Shown here: positions 56,073 to 64,000 of the stretch, piece by piece | Position numbering within the stretch: the stretch's first letter is position 1 | Layout: each line of letters begins with the position of its first letter | Origin: an uncultured Candidatus Actinomarina sp. | Lineage (GTDB): Bacteria > Actinomycetota > Acidimicrobiia > Actinomarinales > Actinomarinaceae | NCBI GenBank assembly: GCA_902555055.1 | Contig: CACDQN010000003.1 | Span: 15,860 to 79,859, forward strand | Direction: 5' to 3' | Length of the DNA: 64,000 nucleotides | Made by a program: the position numbers and the translations under genes | Notes under the pieces: generated by a model | Database searches by the model: none | The model's input: the letters and a program-made list of their open reading frames with translations, nothing else | What the model was told of the DNA's origin: nothing

Positions 56073-57005
56073 ATGAACGTTTTAGTTGTTGGTGGAGCTG
56101 GCTATGTTGGTGGTGGCATAGTTGACAAACTTAAGCCTAAACACAATGTTACAGTTTATGATTCACTAATTTATGAGGAATCATACAGAAAAGATGTAAA
56201 TTTTGTAAATGGAGATATTCGGGACACCGATAAATTACTTCCTTTGTTAGATAAATCTGATGCTGTTATATGGCTAGCTGCATTAGTTGGTGATGGCGCA
56301 TGTGCTATAAATCCAGAATTAACTTTTAAAATTAATTCAGAATCTGTAAAATTTTTGGTTGAAAATTTTAAAAAAAGAATAGTATTTTTATCAACATGTT
56401 CTGTTTACGGCGCACAAGATGGACTTTTAGACGAGAGTTCATCTGTAAATCCTCTTTCTGAATATGCTTCTTCAAAAGTTCAAGCTGAAGAATATTTGGA
56501 AGGTACTAATTCTATTATTTTTAGATTAGGAACTCTATTTGGAATTAGCGATGAATTTTCAAGAATAAGACTAGATCTAGTTGTAAATATATTAGTTACT
56601 AAAGCATTAACAGAAGGAAAGTTAACAGTTTTTGGAGGGGATCAGTGGAGACCGCTATTACATGTTACGGATGTCGCAAATGCTATTGATCATACAATTG
56701 AAATGGAAACAACAGGTGTCTTCAATTTACATTATCAAAATTATAAGATTATTGATATTGGAAATTTGATTATTGAAAAAATACCTACTGCGACTATTGA
56801 AACTACTCCTATGAAATTTCAAGATGCAAGAAATTATCAAGTCAGTAGTGATAAGTTATTAAAAGAAACTGGTTTTGAATCAACCATAGAGCTCGCTAAA
56901 GGAATTGAAGAAGTTTATAATCTTATTTCAAATAATAGAATTAAGAATGTAAACCATATTCGTTATTCAAATCAAAATTTTCTTGAGAAATATGGCGTAA
57001 CTTGA
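56073..57005 (+). CDS. NAD-dependent SDR epimerase/dehydratase
   Basis: VVGGAGYVGG Rossmann motif, STCSVYG and YASSK (YxxxK). 310 aa. Confidence 0.7.
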   Translation: MNVLVVGGAGYVGGGIVDKLKPKHNVTVYDSLIYEESYRKDVNFVNGDIRDTDKLLPLLDKSDAVIWLAALVGDGACAINPELTFKINSESVKFLVENFKKRIVFLSTCSVYGAQDGLLDESSSVNPLSEYASSKVQAEEYLEGTNSIIFRLGTLFGISDEFSRIRLDLVVNILVTKALTEGKLTVFGGDQWRPLLHVTDVANAIDHTIEMETTGVFNLHYQNYKIIDIGNLIIEKIPTATIETTPMKFQDARNYQVSSDKLLKETGFESTIELAKGIEEVYNLISNNRIKNVNHIRYSNQNFLEKYGVT

Positions 57006-57463
57006 TAAATCAAATTACTATTCCTACTCTGTTTGAAAAAGGACAATCTAAAGATCATAGAGGCTTTGTTGAATACTACAATTCACTAGATTTATCAGAT
57101 TTTAAAAGGTTTTATATAGTAACAAACCCAAGTAGAGGAACTGTTCGTGCATGGCACGGTCATAAAATAGAAGCTAAATTAATTAAAGTTTTGAAAGGTG
57201 AATTTCTTATTGCAGTTGTGAAAGTAGATAATTGGGAAAACCCCTCTAATGAGAATAAAGTTGAAAAATTTAAAATGAACGAAGATTCAGGAACTTTATA
57301 TATACCACCTGGATATGCAAATGGTGCTATTAACTTAGTTACTGATAGCAAAGTTATGTATTTTTCGTCCTTAAAGATAGAAGATTCTAAAAAAGATGAT
57401 TATAGATTTGATGCAAAATTTTGGAATCCTTGGTCTGAATATTCTCCGGAAATTTATGAGTAG
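57002..57463 (+). CDS. Cupin-fold sugar-nucleotide isomerase/epimerase (WxcM/FdtA- or RmlC-like)
   Basis: 153 aa. RGFVEYYN...RGTVRAWHGHK...LYIPPGYANG resembles the FdtA/WxcM C-terminal cupin (RG.H.Hk). TTG start overlaps the previous stop. Confidence 0.6.
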   Translation: MINQITIPTLFEKGQSKDHRGFVEYYNSLDLSDFKRFYIVTNPSRGTVRAWHGHKIEAKLIKVLKGEFLIAVVKVDNWENPSNENKVEKFKMNEDSGTLYIPPGYANGAINLVTDSKVMYFSSLKIEDSKKDDYRFDAKFWNPWSEYSPEIYE

Positions 57464-58379
57464 CGCTAAAGTTTTAGTTTTAGGTGCAAACGGAATGCTT
57501 GGAAAGATGGTTGCTCTTTACTTGGATTCAGCCAAAGACCTTGATGTAGATATTACTTCAAGAAGTAAAAATGAATTTGTTGTAGAAAATTTCGATGGTA
57601 ATTATTATATTTTTGATGCCAATAAACTTGATCAAAATCCTTTAGAAGAGATTATCAAGATTTGTGATTATGATTATATTGTTAATTGTATTGGGATTAT
57701 AAAGCCTAAAATTAATGAAAATGATGTGGACTCAATTACTAACACCATATTAATCAATTCCTATTTCCCACAAAAGATTCATAAATTAGCATTTGAGAAT
57801 GATATAAATTATATTCAAATTGGAACAGATTGCGTTTTTTCAGGTTTGGGTGGAGATTATACAGAAGTTTCTTACAAAGATGCACTAGATCTATATGGAA
57901 AATCAAAAATTGTTGGAGAGATCGAAGGAAGTAACAAAATTGTTATAAGGTCTAGCATAATTGGTCCAGAGCAAGGAATCGGATTCTCATTAATGAATTG
58001 GTTTTTGAATAATCAAGAACTAGTTGTCTCTGGATACAAAAACCACATGTGGAATGGTGTTACAACATTGAATTTTGCGAAAATAATTGAGGGAATTATT
58101 ATGAATAATAAAATTAATGATTTTAAAACTCAACATCTTATTCCTAAAAATGTAATATCAAAAGCAAATTTACTTGAACAGTTCAAGATTCATTTTAAAA
58201 AACAAATTGATATTGACCATTTAGATGCCAGTAGTGTAATTAACCGAACTCTCAAGTCAAATAACAGTAATTTGAATGAAGAAATATGGAAATCAGCAGG
58301 TTATGATCATGTTCCTACTATTGAAGAAAATATTGAAGAACTAGCAAATTCTGAACTTACTCATAAGATAATGATATAG
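57456..58379 (+). CDS. RmlD-like sugar-nucleotide 4-reductase (SDR)
   Basis: VLVLGANGMLG Rossmann motif and YGKSK catalytic motif. Start at ATG 57456 forms an ATGAGTAG start/stop overlap with the cupin gene. The track start 57396 overlaps it by 68 bp. Confidence 0.65.
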   Translation: MSSAKVLVLGANGMLGKMVALYLDSAKDLDVDITSRSKNEFVVENFDGNYYIFDANKLDQNPLEEIIKICDYDYIVNCIGIIKPKINENDVDSITNTILINSYFPQKIHKLAFENDINYIQIGTDCVFSGLGGDYTEVSYKDALDLYGKSKIVGEIEGSNKIVIRSSIIGPEQGIGFSLMNWFLNNQELVVSGYKNHMWNGVTTLNFAKIIEGIIMNNKINDFKTQHLIPKNVISKANLLEQFKIHFKKQIDIDHLDASSVINRTLKSNNSNLNEEIWKSAGYDHVPTIEENIEELANSELTHKIMI

Positions 58380-58380
58380 C

Positions 58381-59535
58381 ATGAAAGATTTAGCAATAAT
58401 ATTAGGGATAAGACCAGATGTAATAAGGGCGAGTAAAATTTTAAAATTATTAAAAAACCAAAAAGAGATTGATTTTGATTTTTTGTGGTCTGGCCAACAT
58501 TATTCTGAAAATATGAAAGATACTTTTTTTAAACAACTAAATGTACCAATACCTGACTTCGAATTTACTTTAGATACTCAAAACGATTCAACTATTGTTT
58601 CTTCAACTATTACAAATTTATATAATCATTTTGGTAATCATAAATATAAAGCTGCTGTTTTCTTAGGAGATACAAATACAGTTATGGGCTCAATTGCAGC
58701 TGCACAACACAATATACCAATAGTTCATATTGAAGGTTGTATGAGATCTTACGATTGGAGAATGCCAGAAGAAAAATATAGAACAGTCATTGATCATTTA
58801 TCTGATAGAATCTATGCGTATTTAGATAGTTATAAAAAACAAGGTTTAAACGAAGGAATTAGTGAAAAAATCATAAAAGTTACTGGTAATCCAATCGTTG
58901 ATATTATTAATGAAAATTTTGAAAAATTTGAATCTGGATTTACTTATTTGGAAAAAGATTTACAAGATATAGTGAAAAGTAAGTATGTTCTAGTGACGAG
59001 CCATAGAAGAGAAAATATATTAAATATTGACAGTTTTACAAATATAGTAAATTTATTGAACTCAATAAATGATAAAAATGTCATATTTCCAATGGGGTAT
59101 AAAACTCAAGAAATTTTAAAAAACTCTAAATTGAAATTAAATAGCAATATTAAAGTTTTAGATCCAATTGGTTATTTAGAATTTATGTATTTATTAAAAA
59201 ATTCCGCTTTTGTAGCCACCGATTCTGGTACAGTTGTTGAAGAGGCTTGTATCCTAGGGATTCCATCCATACAAATGAGATACTCAACAGAGCGACCCGA
59301 AGTATATGATGTCAAAGCATCTGTAAAATTTGATCCAACTGAAGATAATCCACATATCTCTAAAATTTTAGGTGATGTCGAAGCTATGAACAAAAATTGG
59401 GATAATCCATTTGGTAGGGGGGATGCTTCAGAAACTATTGTTAATGATTTAATTGAACTTTCTAAAAGTAATAATTTTAAAAAACATAAACCATCTGATT
59501 ATGCTTTTGATGTAAGTAATTCCTTTAAAGAATGA
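58381..59535 (+). CDS. wecB: UDP-N-acetylglucosamine 2-epimerase
   Basis: GIRPDVIRASKI, GDTNTVMGSIAAAQHNIPIVHIEG and TDSGTVVEEACILGIPS blocks. I cannot tell the hydrolysing (NeuC) type from the non-hydrolysing type by eye. Confidence 0.8.
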   Translation: MKDLAIILGIRPDVIRASKILKLLKNQKEIDFDFLWSGQHYSENMKDTFFKQLNVPIPDFEFTLDTQNDSTIVSSTITNLYNHFGNHKYKAAVFLGDTNTVMGSIAAAQHNIPIVHIEGCMRSYDWRMPEEKYRTVIDHLSDRIYAYLDSYKKQGLNEGISEKIIKVTGNPIVDIINENFEKFESGFTYLEKDLQDIVKSKYVLVTSHRRENILNIDSFTNIVNLLNSINDKNVIFPMGYKTQEILKNSKLKLNSNIKVLDPIGYLEFMYLLKNSAFVATDSGTVVEEACILGIPSIQMRYSTERPEVYDVKASVKFDPTEDNPHISKILGDVEAMNKNWDNPFGRGDASETIVNDLIELSKSNNFKKHKPSDYAFDVSNSFKE

Positions 59536-60704
59536 AAAAGGTTTTATTTCATTCTTTAACAATTCCACCAGATCAAGTATCTACAGGTAAACTTGTTGCT
59601 GATATTGCTTCTAAATTTAAAGAGAACAATATAGATGTTGAAATATTAGCATCAACTCCACAGTATCGATTCGACCCAGATTCCTTTTCTAATGAGCGTT
59701 TAATTAAAATTTCCAGAAATATTTATATTTCTTCATACAAACAAGTAAAGATTACACATTTATCATCTTCAAAAAGGTCTTTCAACAGAATTAAAAGATT
59801 TTTACAATGGATTGGCTATCATACAAAATCAATAAATTATTTAATTAAAAATAGAAACAAGTTTGATACTATTTTTATATTTAGCTATCCACCGACAATG
59901 AACTTAATTGCAATATTCACTAAAAAAATATTGAGAGTAAATACAATCTACTCGGTATGGGAACTTTATCCTGAAATAGCTAACAAATTGAATGAAATGA
60001 ATTTTAAGTTTTTACATGAAATTTTTAGGAAGATAGATAATTATTGTTTAAAGAAAATAGATCACGTTGTTGTTAATTCTGATGAACTGAAAACATATTT
60101 AATTGAGAATAGAAAAATACAAAAAGATAAAATTAAAGTAATTTATCATTTTGCAAATGAGCTAGAAGTTCCAAGATGTAAAAACATAACAAAAGACATT
60201 ATGTATGCAGGAAACCTAGGTACTCCTCAAAATATTGAATCTTTTATAAATATATTTTCAAATTCTAAAAAAGAATATAATCTAACTATTTTTGGTTCAG
60301 GTAGTCAGTATCAAAAAATTTGTGACCTTTCTAATTCTTTTATTAAAGTTAATCAATATGTATCTCGAGAAAAATTAGTTCTTTTAACAAATCAGATTCC
60401 TTTTGCTTTAGTTTCTTTATCACCTGAAATTACAGTTGAGGGATTTCCAGGTAAAACTTTTGATTATTTGAAAATGAATAAAATTTTAATTGGTTACTCA
60501 AATTCTGAATCTAGCTTGGCGAAGTTTATCGAAAAGTATCAATTAGGAATTAATATAGATCCGTATAATAATGACATCGATATTAAACTCAGCATGCTTG
60601 AAGATGAGAAGTTTATAAAACAAATTTATTCAAACATTTCTGATATGAATAATCATTTTGCTAGTGTTGACACAGTGGTTAAACAGTATATGAAACTGAT
60701 TTAG
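59532..60704 (+). CDS. Glycosyltransferase (WcaI/WbuB-like GT4)
   Basis: N-terminal SLTIPPDQVSTGKLVADIA resembles the WcaI/WbuB pattern (pP....tg....la..l). GT-B size (390 aa). ATGA overlap with the 2-epimerase gene. Confidence 0.6.
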   Translation: MKKVLFHSLTIPPDQVSTGKLVADIASKFKENNIDVEILASTPQYRFDPDSFSNERLIKISRNIYISSYKQVKITHLSSSKRSFNRIKRFLQWIGYHTKSINYLIKNRNKFDTIFIFSYPPTMNLIAIFTKKILRVNTIYSVWELYPEIANKLNEMNFKFLHEIFRKIDNYCLKKIDHVVVNSDELKTYLIENRKIQKDKIKVIYHFANELEVPRCKNITKDIMYAGNLGTPQNIESFINIFSNSKKEYNLTIFGSGSQYQKICDLSNSFIKVNQYVSREKLVLLTNQIPFALVSLSPEITVEGFPGKTFDYLKMNKILIGYSNSESSLAKFIEKYQLGINIDPYNNDIDIKLSMLEDEKFIKQIYSNISDMNNHFASVDTVVKQYMKLI

Positions 60705-61324
60705 TTTGCACCTTTTTTAGTTAAGACTGATAAAAATGTTTTTAAAATTATTTTGAGGTCTTTATAAAAAGAATTATTTTCAATATATTTTAAATCCCAA
60801 TAAAGCCTTTCTTGCAAACTCAGGTCTAATCTTCCCTGTACCTGAGCTAAACCAGTAACTCCAGGCAATACAGAATTGCGTTTAGAATTATATTCGCCAT
60901 ACAATTTTGATTCGTATTCAACTAAGGGCCTTGGTCCGACAAGAGACATATCACCCTTTAATACATTAAGAATATTAGGTAGTTCATCCAGTGATGTTTT
61001 TCTAAGGTACGCACCTAATGATGTAATCCTGTCATCATTTTCTATTCTAATTGGCTCTAAGGGAGAATTACTAGGATCTACATTTTTTCCTTTTGATAAA
61101 TCTAAATAGTGAGATTTATGAAAATCTTCTTCAGCACTTACTTCCATGGTTCTGAATTTGTACAATTTAAAGATTTTACTGTTTTTACCAACCCTATTTT
61201 GAATAAAAAATACTGGAAAACCTTGTTTTATTGACAAAATTAAAGAAATTATAACAATAATAGGTATAACAATTGGAGAAAAAATTAATATTGCTACTAT
61301 ATCGAATAATCTTTTAATCATCAT
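60701..61324 (-). CDS. Small monotopic phosphoglycosyl transferase (PglC/WbaP C-terminal type, Bac_transf family)
   Basis: KRLFDIVAILIFSPIVIPI re-entrant helix, KLYKFRTM and DELPNILNVLKGDMSLVGPRP motifs. 207 aa. Its stop codon interlocks with the convergent GT stop (TTAG). Confidence 0.85.
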   Translation of the reverse strand: MMIKRLFDIVAILIFSPIVIPIIVIISLILSIKQGFPVFFIQNRVGKNSKIFKLYKFRTMEVSAEEDFHKSHYLDLSKGKNVDPSNSPLEPIRIENDDRITSLGAYLRKTSLDELPNILNVLKGDMSLVGPRPLVEYESKLYGEYNSKRNSVLPGVTGLAQVQGRLDLSLQERLYWDLKYIENNSFYKDLKIILKTFLSVLTKKGAN

Positions 61325-61389
61325 ATTTATAATAAACTATATAAATTAATGTTATTCAATTAAATTAATTCAACATTAAAGTTAAATTA

Positions 61390-63228
61390 ATGTGTGGAAT
61401 AGCTGGTGTATTTAACTTTGATAAGACAAATATAAACCCAGAAATAACAAATATAATCAAAAACTCTCTAGAACATAGAGGACCAGATTTTTCAAGAGTA
61501 GATTATTTGAATGAATATGTTGCTTTAATTCACACTCGGTTGGCAATAATTGATTTAGATCATAGGTCAAATCAACCTATGATTTCAAACGATAAAAGAT
61601 ACTCTATTGTATTTAATGGTGAAATCTATAACTATAAAGAAATTAGAAAAGAACTTGAGTCAAAAGGTGTTGTATTTTCTACAGATGGGGATACCGAAGT
61701 ACTTTTAGAGGCTTATGCTATATATGGCAGTCATGTTCTGAATATTTTAAGAGGACAGTTTGCTTTTGTAGTTTATGACTCATTGGAAGAATCATTTTTT
61801 TTAGCTCGTGATAGGGTAGGAATTAAGCCGTTATATTTTTCGTTAAACGAAAAAAATTTAATTTTTAGTTCAGAGATTAAGGCAATAGAAAATTCAGGGT
61901 TAGTACCTTTTACACCAGATTTAGATTCGTATGTAGCTTATTTGAGACACTTATGCATCCCAAGTAACAAAACTGGCAATAAAAATATTTCAAAAGTAGA
62001 ACCAGGCCATTTTTTAAAAGTATCAAATGATGGGGTTATTACGAAAACACAATACTGGGATCCTTTTTCAATTGAGGTTAATCATGATATGAGTGAAAAA
62101 GAAGCAATCAGTAAAGTAGAGGAGCTACTAATTGACTCTGTAGAGTATCGTAAAGTTAGCGATGTTGAAGTAGGGTTGTTTTTATCAGGAGGTTTAGATT
62201 CATCTTTAATTGGAAAGTTAATGTCAAATGACAAAAGCTCAGCAATAAAGAGTTTCAACATTGACTACGAAGACCATTTTGATGGATATACGGGGGAAGT
62301 TAATGAAGCCAGATTTGCAGCATCTAATATTGGAATCAAGCTAATCGAAAACAAAATTCAGTATGACGATTTCAAAAAAATAATTGATAACTATTCTTTC
62401 TATCAAGATGACCTTATAGGCGATGAAGTGGGAATACCTTTGTATTTTCTCGGAGAATCATCAAAAAATAATGGTATTAAAGTTGTACAGGTCGGAGAAG
62501 GAGCTGATGAACTTTTTTACGGTTATGAACACTGGTTAAGATTTTTGAAGTTAAACAGATATTTAAAACCAATAACTAAAAAAGATATTAAATCACTATA
62601 TTTAAAAAGCCACAGAGGAAATTTAGTTTCAAATATTTTACTTAATAGGACTTCATTTGCTGGAGGAGCATTGGGATTTAATTTACCAGAGATACACAAC
62701 TTACTAAATGGAGGATTATCTAAAGAATTTCAACTTGTAAATTACGTAGATAATAAATGGAATGATTATTTTTCAAATAAGAATGCAAAACTTTCTAAAT
62801 GGATGACTCTTATTGATTTACATATTAGATTACCTGAGTTGCTACTTATGCGTATGGATAAACTCATAATGCAATCATCAATAGAGGGAAGAGTTCCATT
62901 TCTTGATCATAAATTAATAGAGTTTGTTCTATCAATACCAGAAGAAATAATATTCAATAAAACTACTACTAAGCCCTTACTGAAAAAAGTTGCTAAAAAA
63001 CACATTCCAAAAGAAATTTTCAACAGAAAAAAACAAGGTTTTAGAGCTCCAGTAGGTGAGTGGATAAAAAGAGATCAAGATTATTTTTATGATTCAATTA
63101 AAGACTTCAATTCTTCTACAAATATGTTTAATAATAAGTCTATTGAAAATATTATCACTGGGAATGATTATCAAAAGAAATGGTACTTATCTAATTTATC
63201 AAATTGGCACATGCGAAGGAGCAAGTAA
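61390..63228 (+). CDS. Asparagine synthase (glutamine-hydrolysing) paralogue, probable glycan amidotransferase
   Basis: N-terminal nucleophile MCGIAGVF and PP-loop LSGGLDSS. 612 aa. Embedded between an initiating transferase and a flippase. Confidence 0.85.
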   Translation: MCGIAGVFNFDKTNINPEITNIIKNSLEHRGPDFSRVDYLNEYVALIHTRLAIIDLDHRSNQPMISNDKRYSIVFNGEIYNYKEIRKELESKGVVFSTDGDTEVLLEAYAIYGSHVLNILRGQFAFVVYDSLEESFFLARDRVGIKPLYFSLNEKNLIFSSEIKAIENSGLVPFTPDLDSYVAYLRHLCIPSNKTGNKNISKVEPGHFLKVSNDGVITKTQYWDPFSIEVNHDMSEKEAISKVEELLIDSVEYRKVSDVEVGLFLSGGLDSSLIGKLMSNDKSSAIKSFNIDYEDHFDGYTGEVNEARFAASNIGIKLIENKIQYDDFKKIIDNYSFYQDDLIGDEVGIPLYFLGESSKNNGIKVVQVGEGADELFYGYEHWLRFLKLNRYLKPITKKDIKSLYLKSHRGNLVSNILLNRTSFAGGALGFNLPEIHNLLNGGLSKEFQLVNYVDNKWNDYFSNKNAKLSKWMTLIDLHIRLPELLLMRMDKLIMQSSIEGRVPFLDHKLIEFVLSIPEEIIFNKTTTKPLLKKVAKKHIPKEIFNRKKQGFRAPVGEWIKRDQDYFYDSIKDFNSSTNMFNNKSIENIITGNDYQKKWYLSNLSNWHMRRSK

Positions 63229-64000
63229 TGATAAAAAACTGGAAGAGAAATACAGTTTATATCTCAATAATGCAATTGACTCTTCTTCTGGTTAATTTCT
63301 TTTTAATTACAATTATAAGTCGTGAGTACGGGGCTGAGACATATGGAGAGTACGCATCGTCCAAAAGCTTATCAGTGCTTATTGGTACTGCAACGGTTAT
63401 GTCGTTAGCCCTAGTTTCTACAAAATATCTTGCCCAAAAAAATGAAAATTCAAAATTATTGTTTTCAAATTCCTACTATATAATCATTAGAAATTTTTTA
63501 ATTGCATTACTAATTTTGTTCCCAGTTACTTTCATATTTCAAAGAGATGTTTCTATGACTGCTTTATTTTTAATCGGATTTACATTTAATGAAATGATTC
63601 ATGTAGCGTTAGCTTACTTCCAAGCAAAAGGTGATTTTGTAACCAGTTCTAAACAAATATTAATAAGGACAATTATCTATGGTTTAGGAGCTTGGATAAT
63701 TATTTTTCAAGGTTTTTCAATTATTGCTGTAATTGTTTTCCAAGTTTTTATGCTTGTGGCGTTTTTTTTAGTAGCTCATCTGTCTATCCCTAAAAATGAT
63801 GTAGTTATTCAAACTGAATTATCTAAACCTGTGAGAGACGATTTACAAAAATCTGGGAAAAAAATGGTACTTACTACATTTTCAAGTGCCTTAATTTCAG
63901 AACTTGACATAGTCTTATTAGGAATATTTTATTCTGGTTCTTTGTTAGGCGTTTTAGCTTGGTCTAGGAGAATTCTTGAGATAGTTTTTCAACTACTAGC
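63228..64000 (+). CDS. Wzx-like polysaccharide flippase (3' end outside window)
   Basis: Absent from the ORF track because it has no stop in the window. My translation from ATG 63228 (TAATG overlap with the asnB-like stop) stays open to position 64000: MIKNWKRNTVYISIMQLTLLLVNFFLITIISREYGAETYGEYASSKSL..., a multi-TM protein with the flippase N-terminal pattern. Confidence 0.6.
   Translation, partial: MIKNWKRNTVYISIMQLTLLLVNFFLITIISREYGAETYGEYASSKSLSVLIGTATVMSLALVSTKYLAQKNENSKLLFSNSYYIIIRNFLIALLILFPVTFIFQRDVSMTALFLIGFTFNEMIHVALAYFQAKGDFVTSSKQILIRTIIYGLGAWIIIFQGFSIIAVIVFQVFMLVAFFLVAHLSIPKNDVVIQTELSKPVRDDLQKSGKKMVLTTFSSALISELDIVLLGIFYSGSLLGVLAWSRRILEIVFQLL

Noticed and set aside
61348-61377. Inverted repeat aatgtt-N18-aacatt in the divergent region between the PglC-like and asnB-like genes, as a possible operator
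   Set aside because: The arms are only 6 bp and lie in very AT-rich DNA, so this is expected by chance. I cannot support a regulatory call.

Overview
This is an AT-rich window (about one third G+C by eye) that is almost entirely coding, and it has two parts. All calls come from motif reading and hand-folding of the sequence; no searches were run.

Part 1 (1-37.2 kb) is a housekeeping core. Its gene order is valS-folC-ndk-mreBCD-mrdA-rodA-rne-rplU-rpmA-obg-proBA ... nadD-rsfS ... leuS ... rpsT/lepA-rsmE-HIT-phoH-7TM_HD-ybeY-uppS-glyQS-dnaG. As I recall it, this is the classical chromosome arrangement of Actinobacteria, here compacted with many ATGA/TAATG/8-17 bp start-stop overlaps. Together with the LCP and WecA-type envelope genes, this suggests a genome-streamlined, low-GC marine actinobacterium (Ca. 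Actinomarinales-like). That assignment is inference, not proof. The core is interrupted by three things:
- a translationally coupled MoxR-AAA+/CoxE-type VWA pair
- an antisense 2-TM K+ channel with a duplicated coiled-coil tail
- a 5.4-kb glycan mini-locus that starts 9 nt after tRNA-Ala and carries serC plus a half-size DGHHR (DUF1015/ParB-like) protein

Part 2 (37.7 to >64 kb) is an envelope-glycan island of more than 26 kb that starts 1 nt after a tRNA(CAT). It contains:
- two initiating phosphoglycosyl transferases (WecA-type and PglC-type)
- an LCP ligase
- two Wzy/WaaL-like membrane proteins in the island (a third lies in the 18-24 kb mini-locus)
- a Wzx flippase whose ORF runs off the window end and is missing from the ORF track
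- about 8 glycosyltransferases
- a uronic-acid node (Ugd, UXS, GlcA 4-epimerase, AsnB-like amidotransferase)
- a 6-deoxy-HexNAc-like module

The most unusual items are:
- a CMAH/NamH-like Rieske + MBL-fold monooxygenase with a C-terminal Rieske domain (predicted N-glycolyl sugar formation)
- an 805-aa Wzy/WaaL-type protein whose outer loop carries a roughly 460-aa Cys-rich + LamG-like insertion
- the DGHHR mini-protein next to serC

I saw no rRNA, CRISPR array, transposase, integrase or prophage genes.
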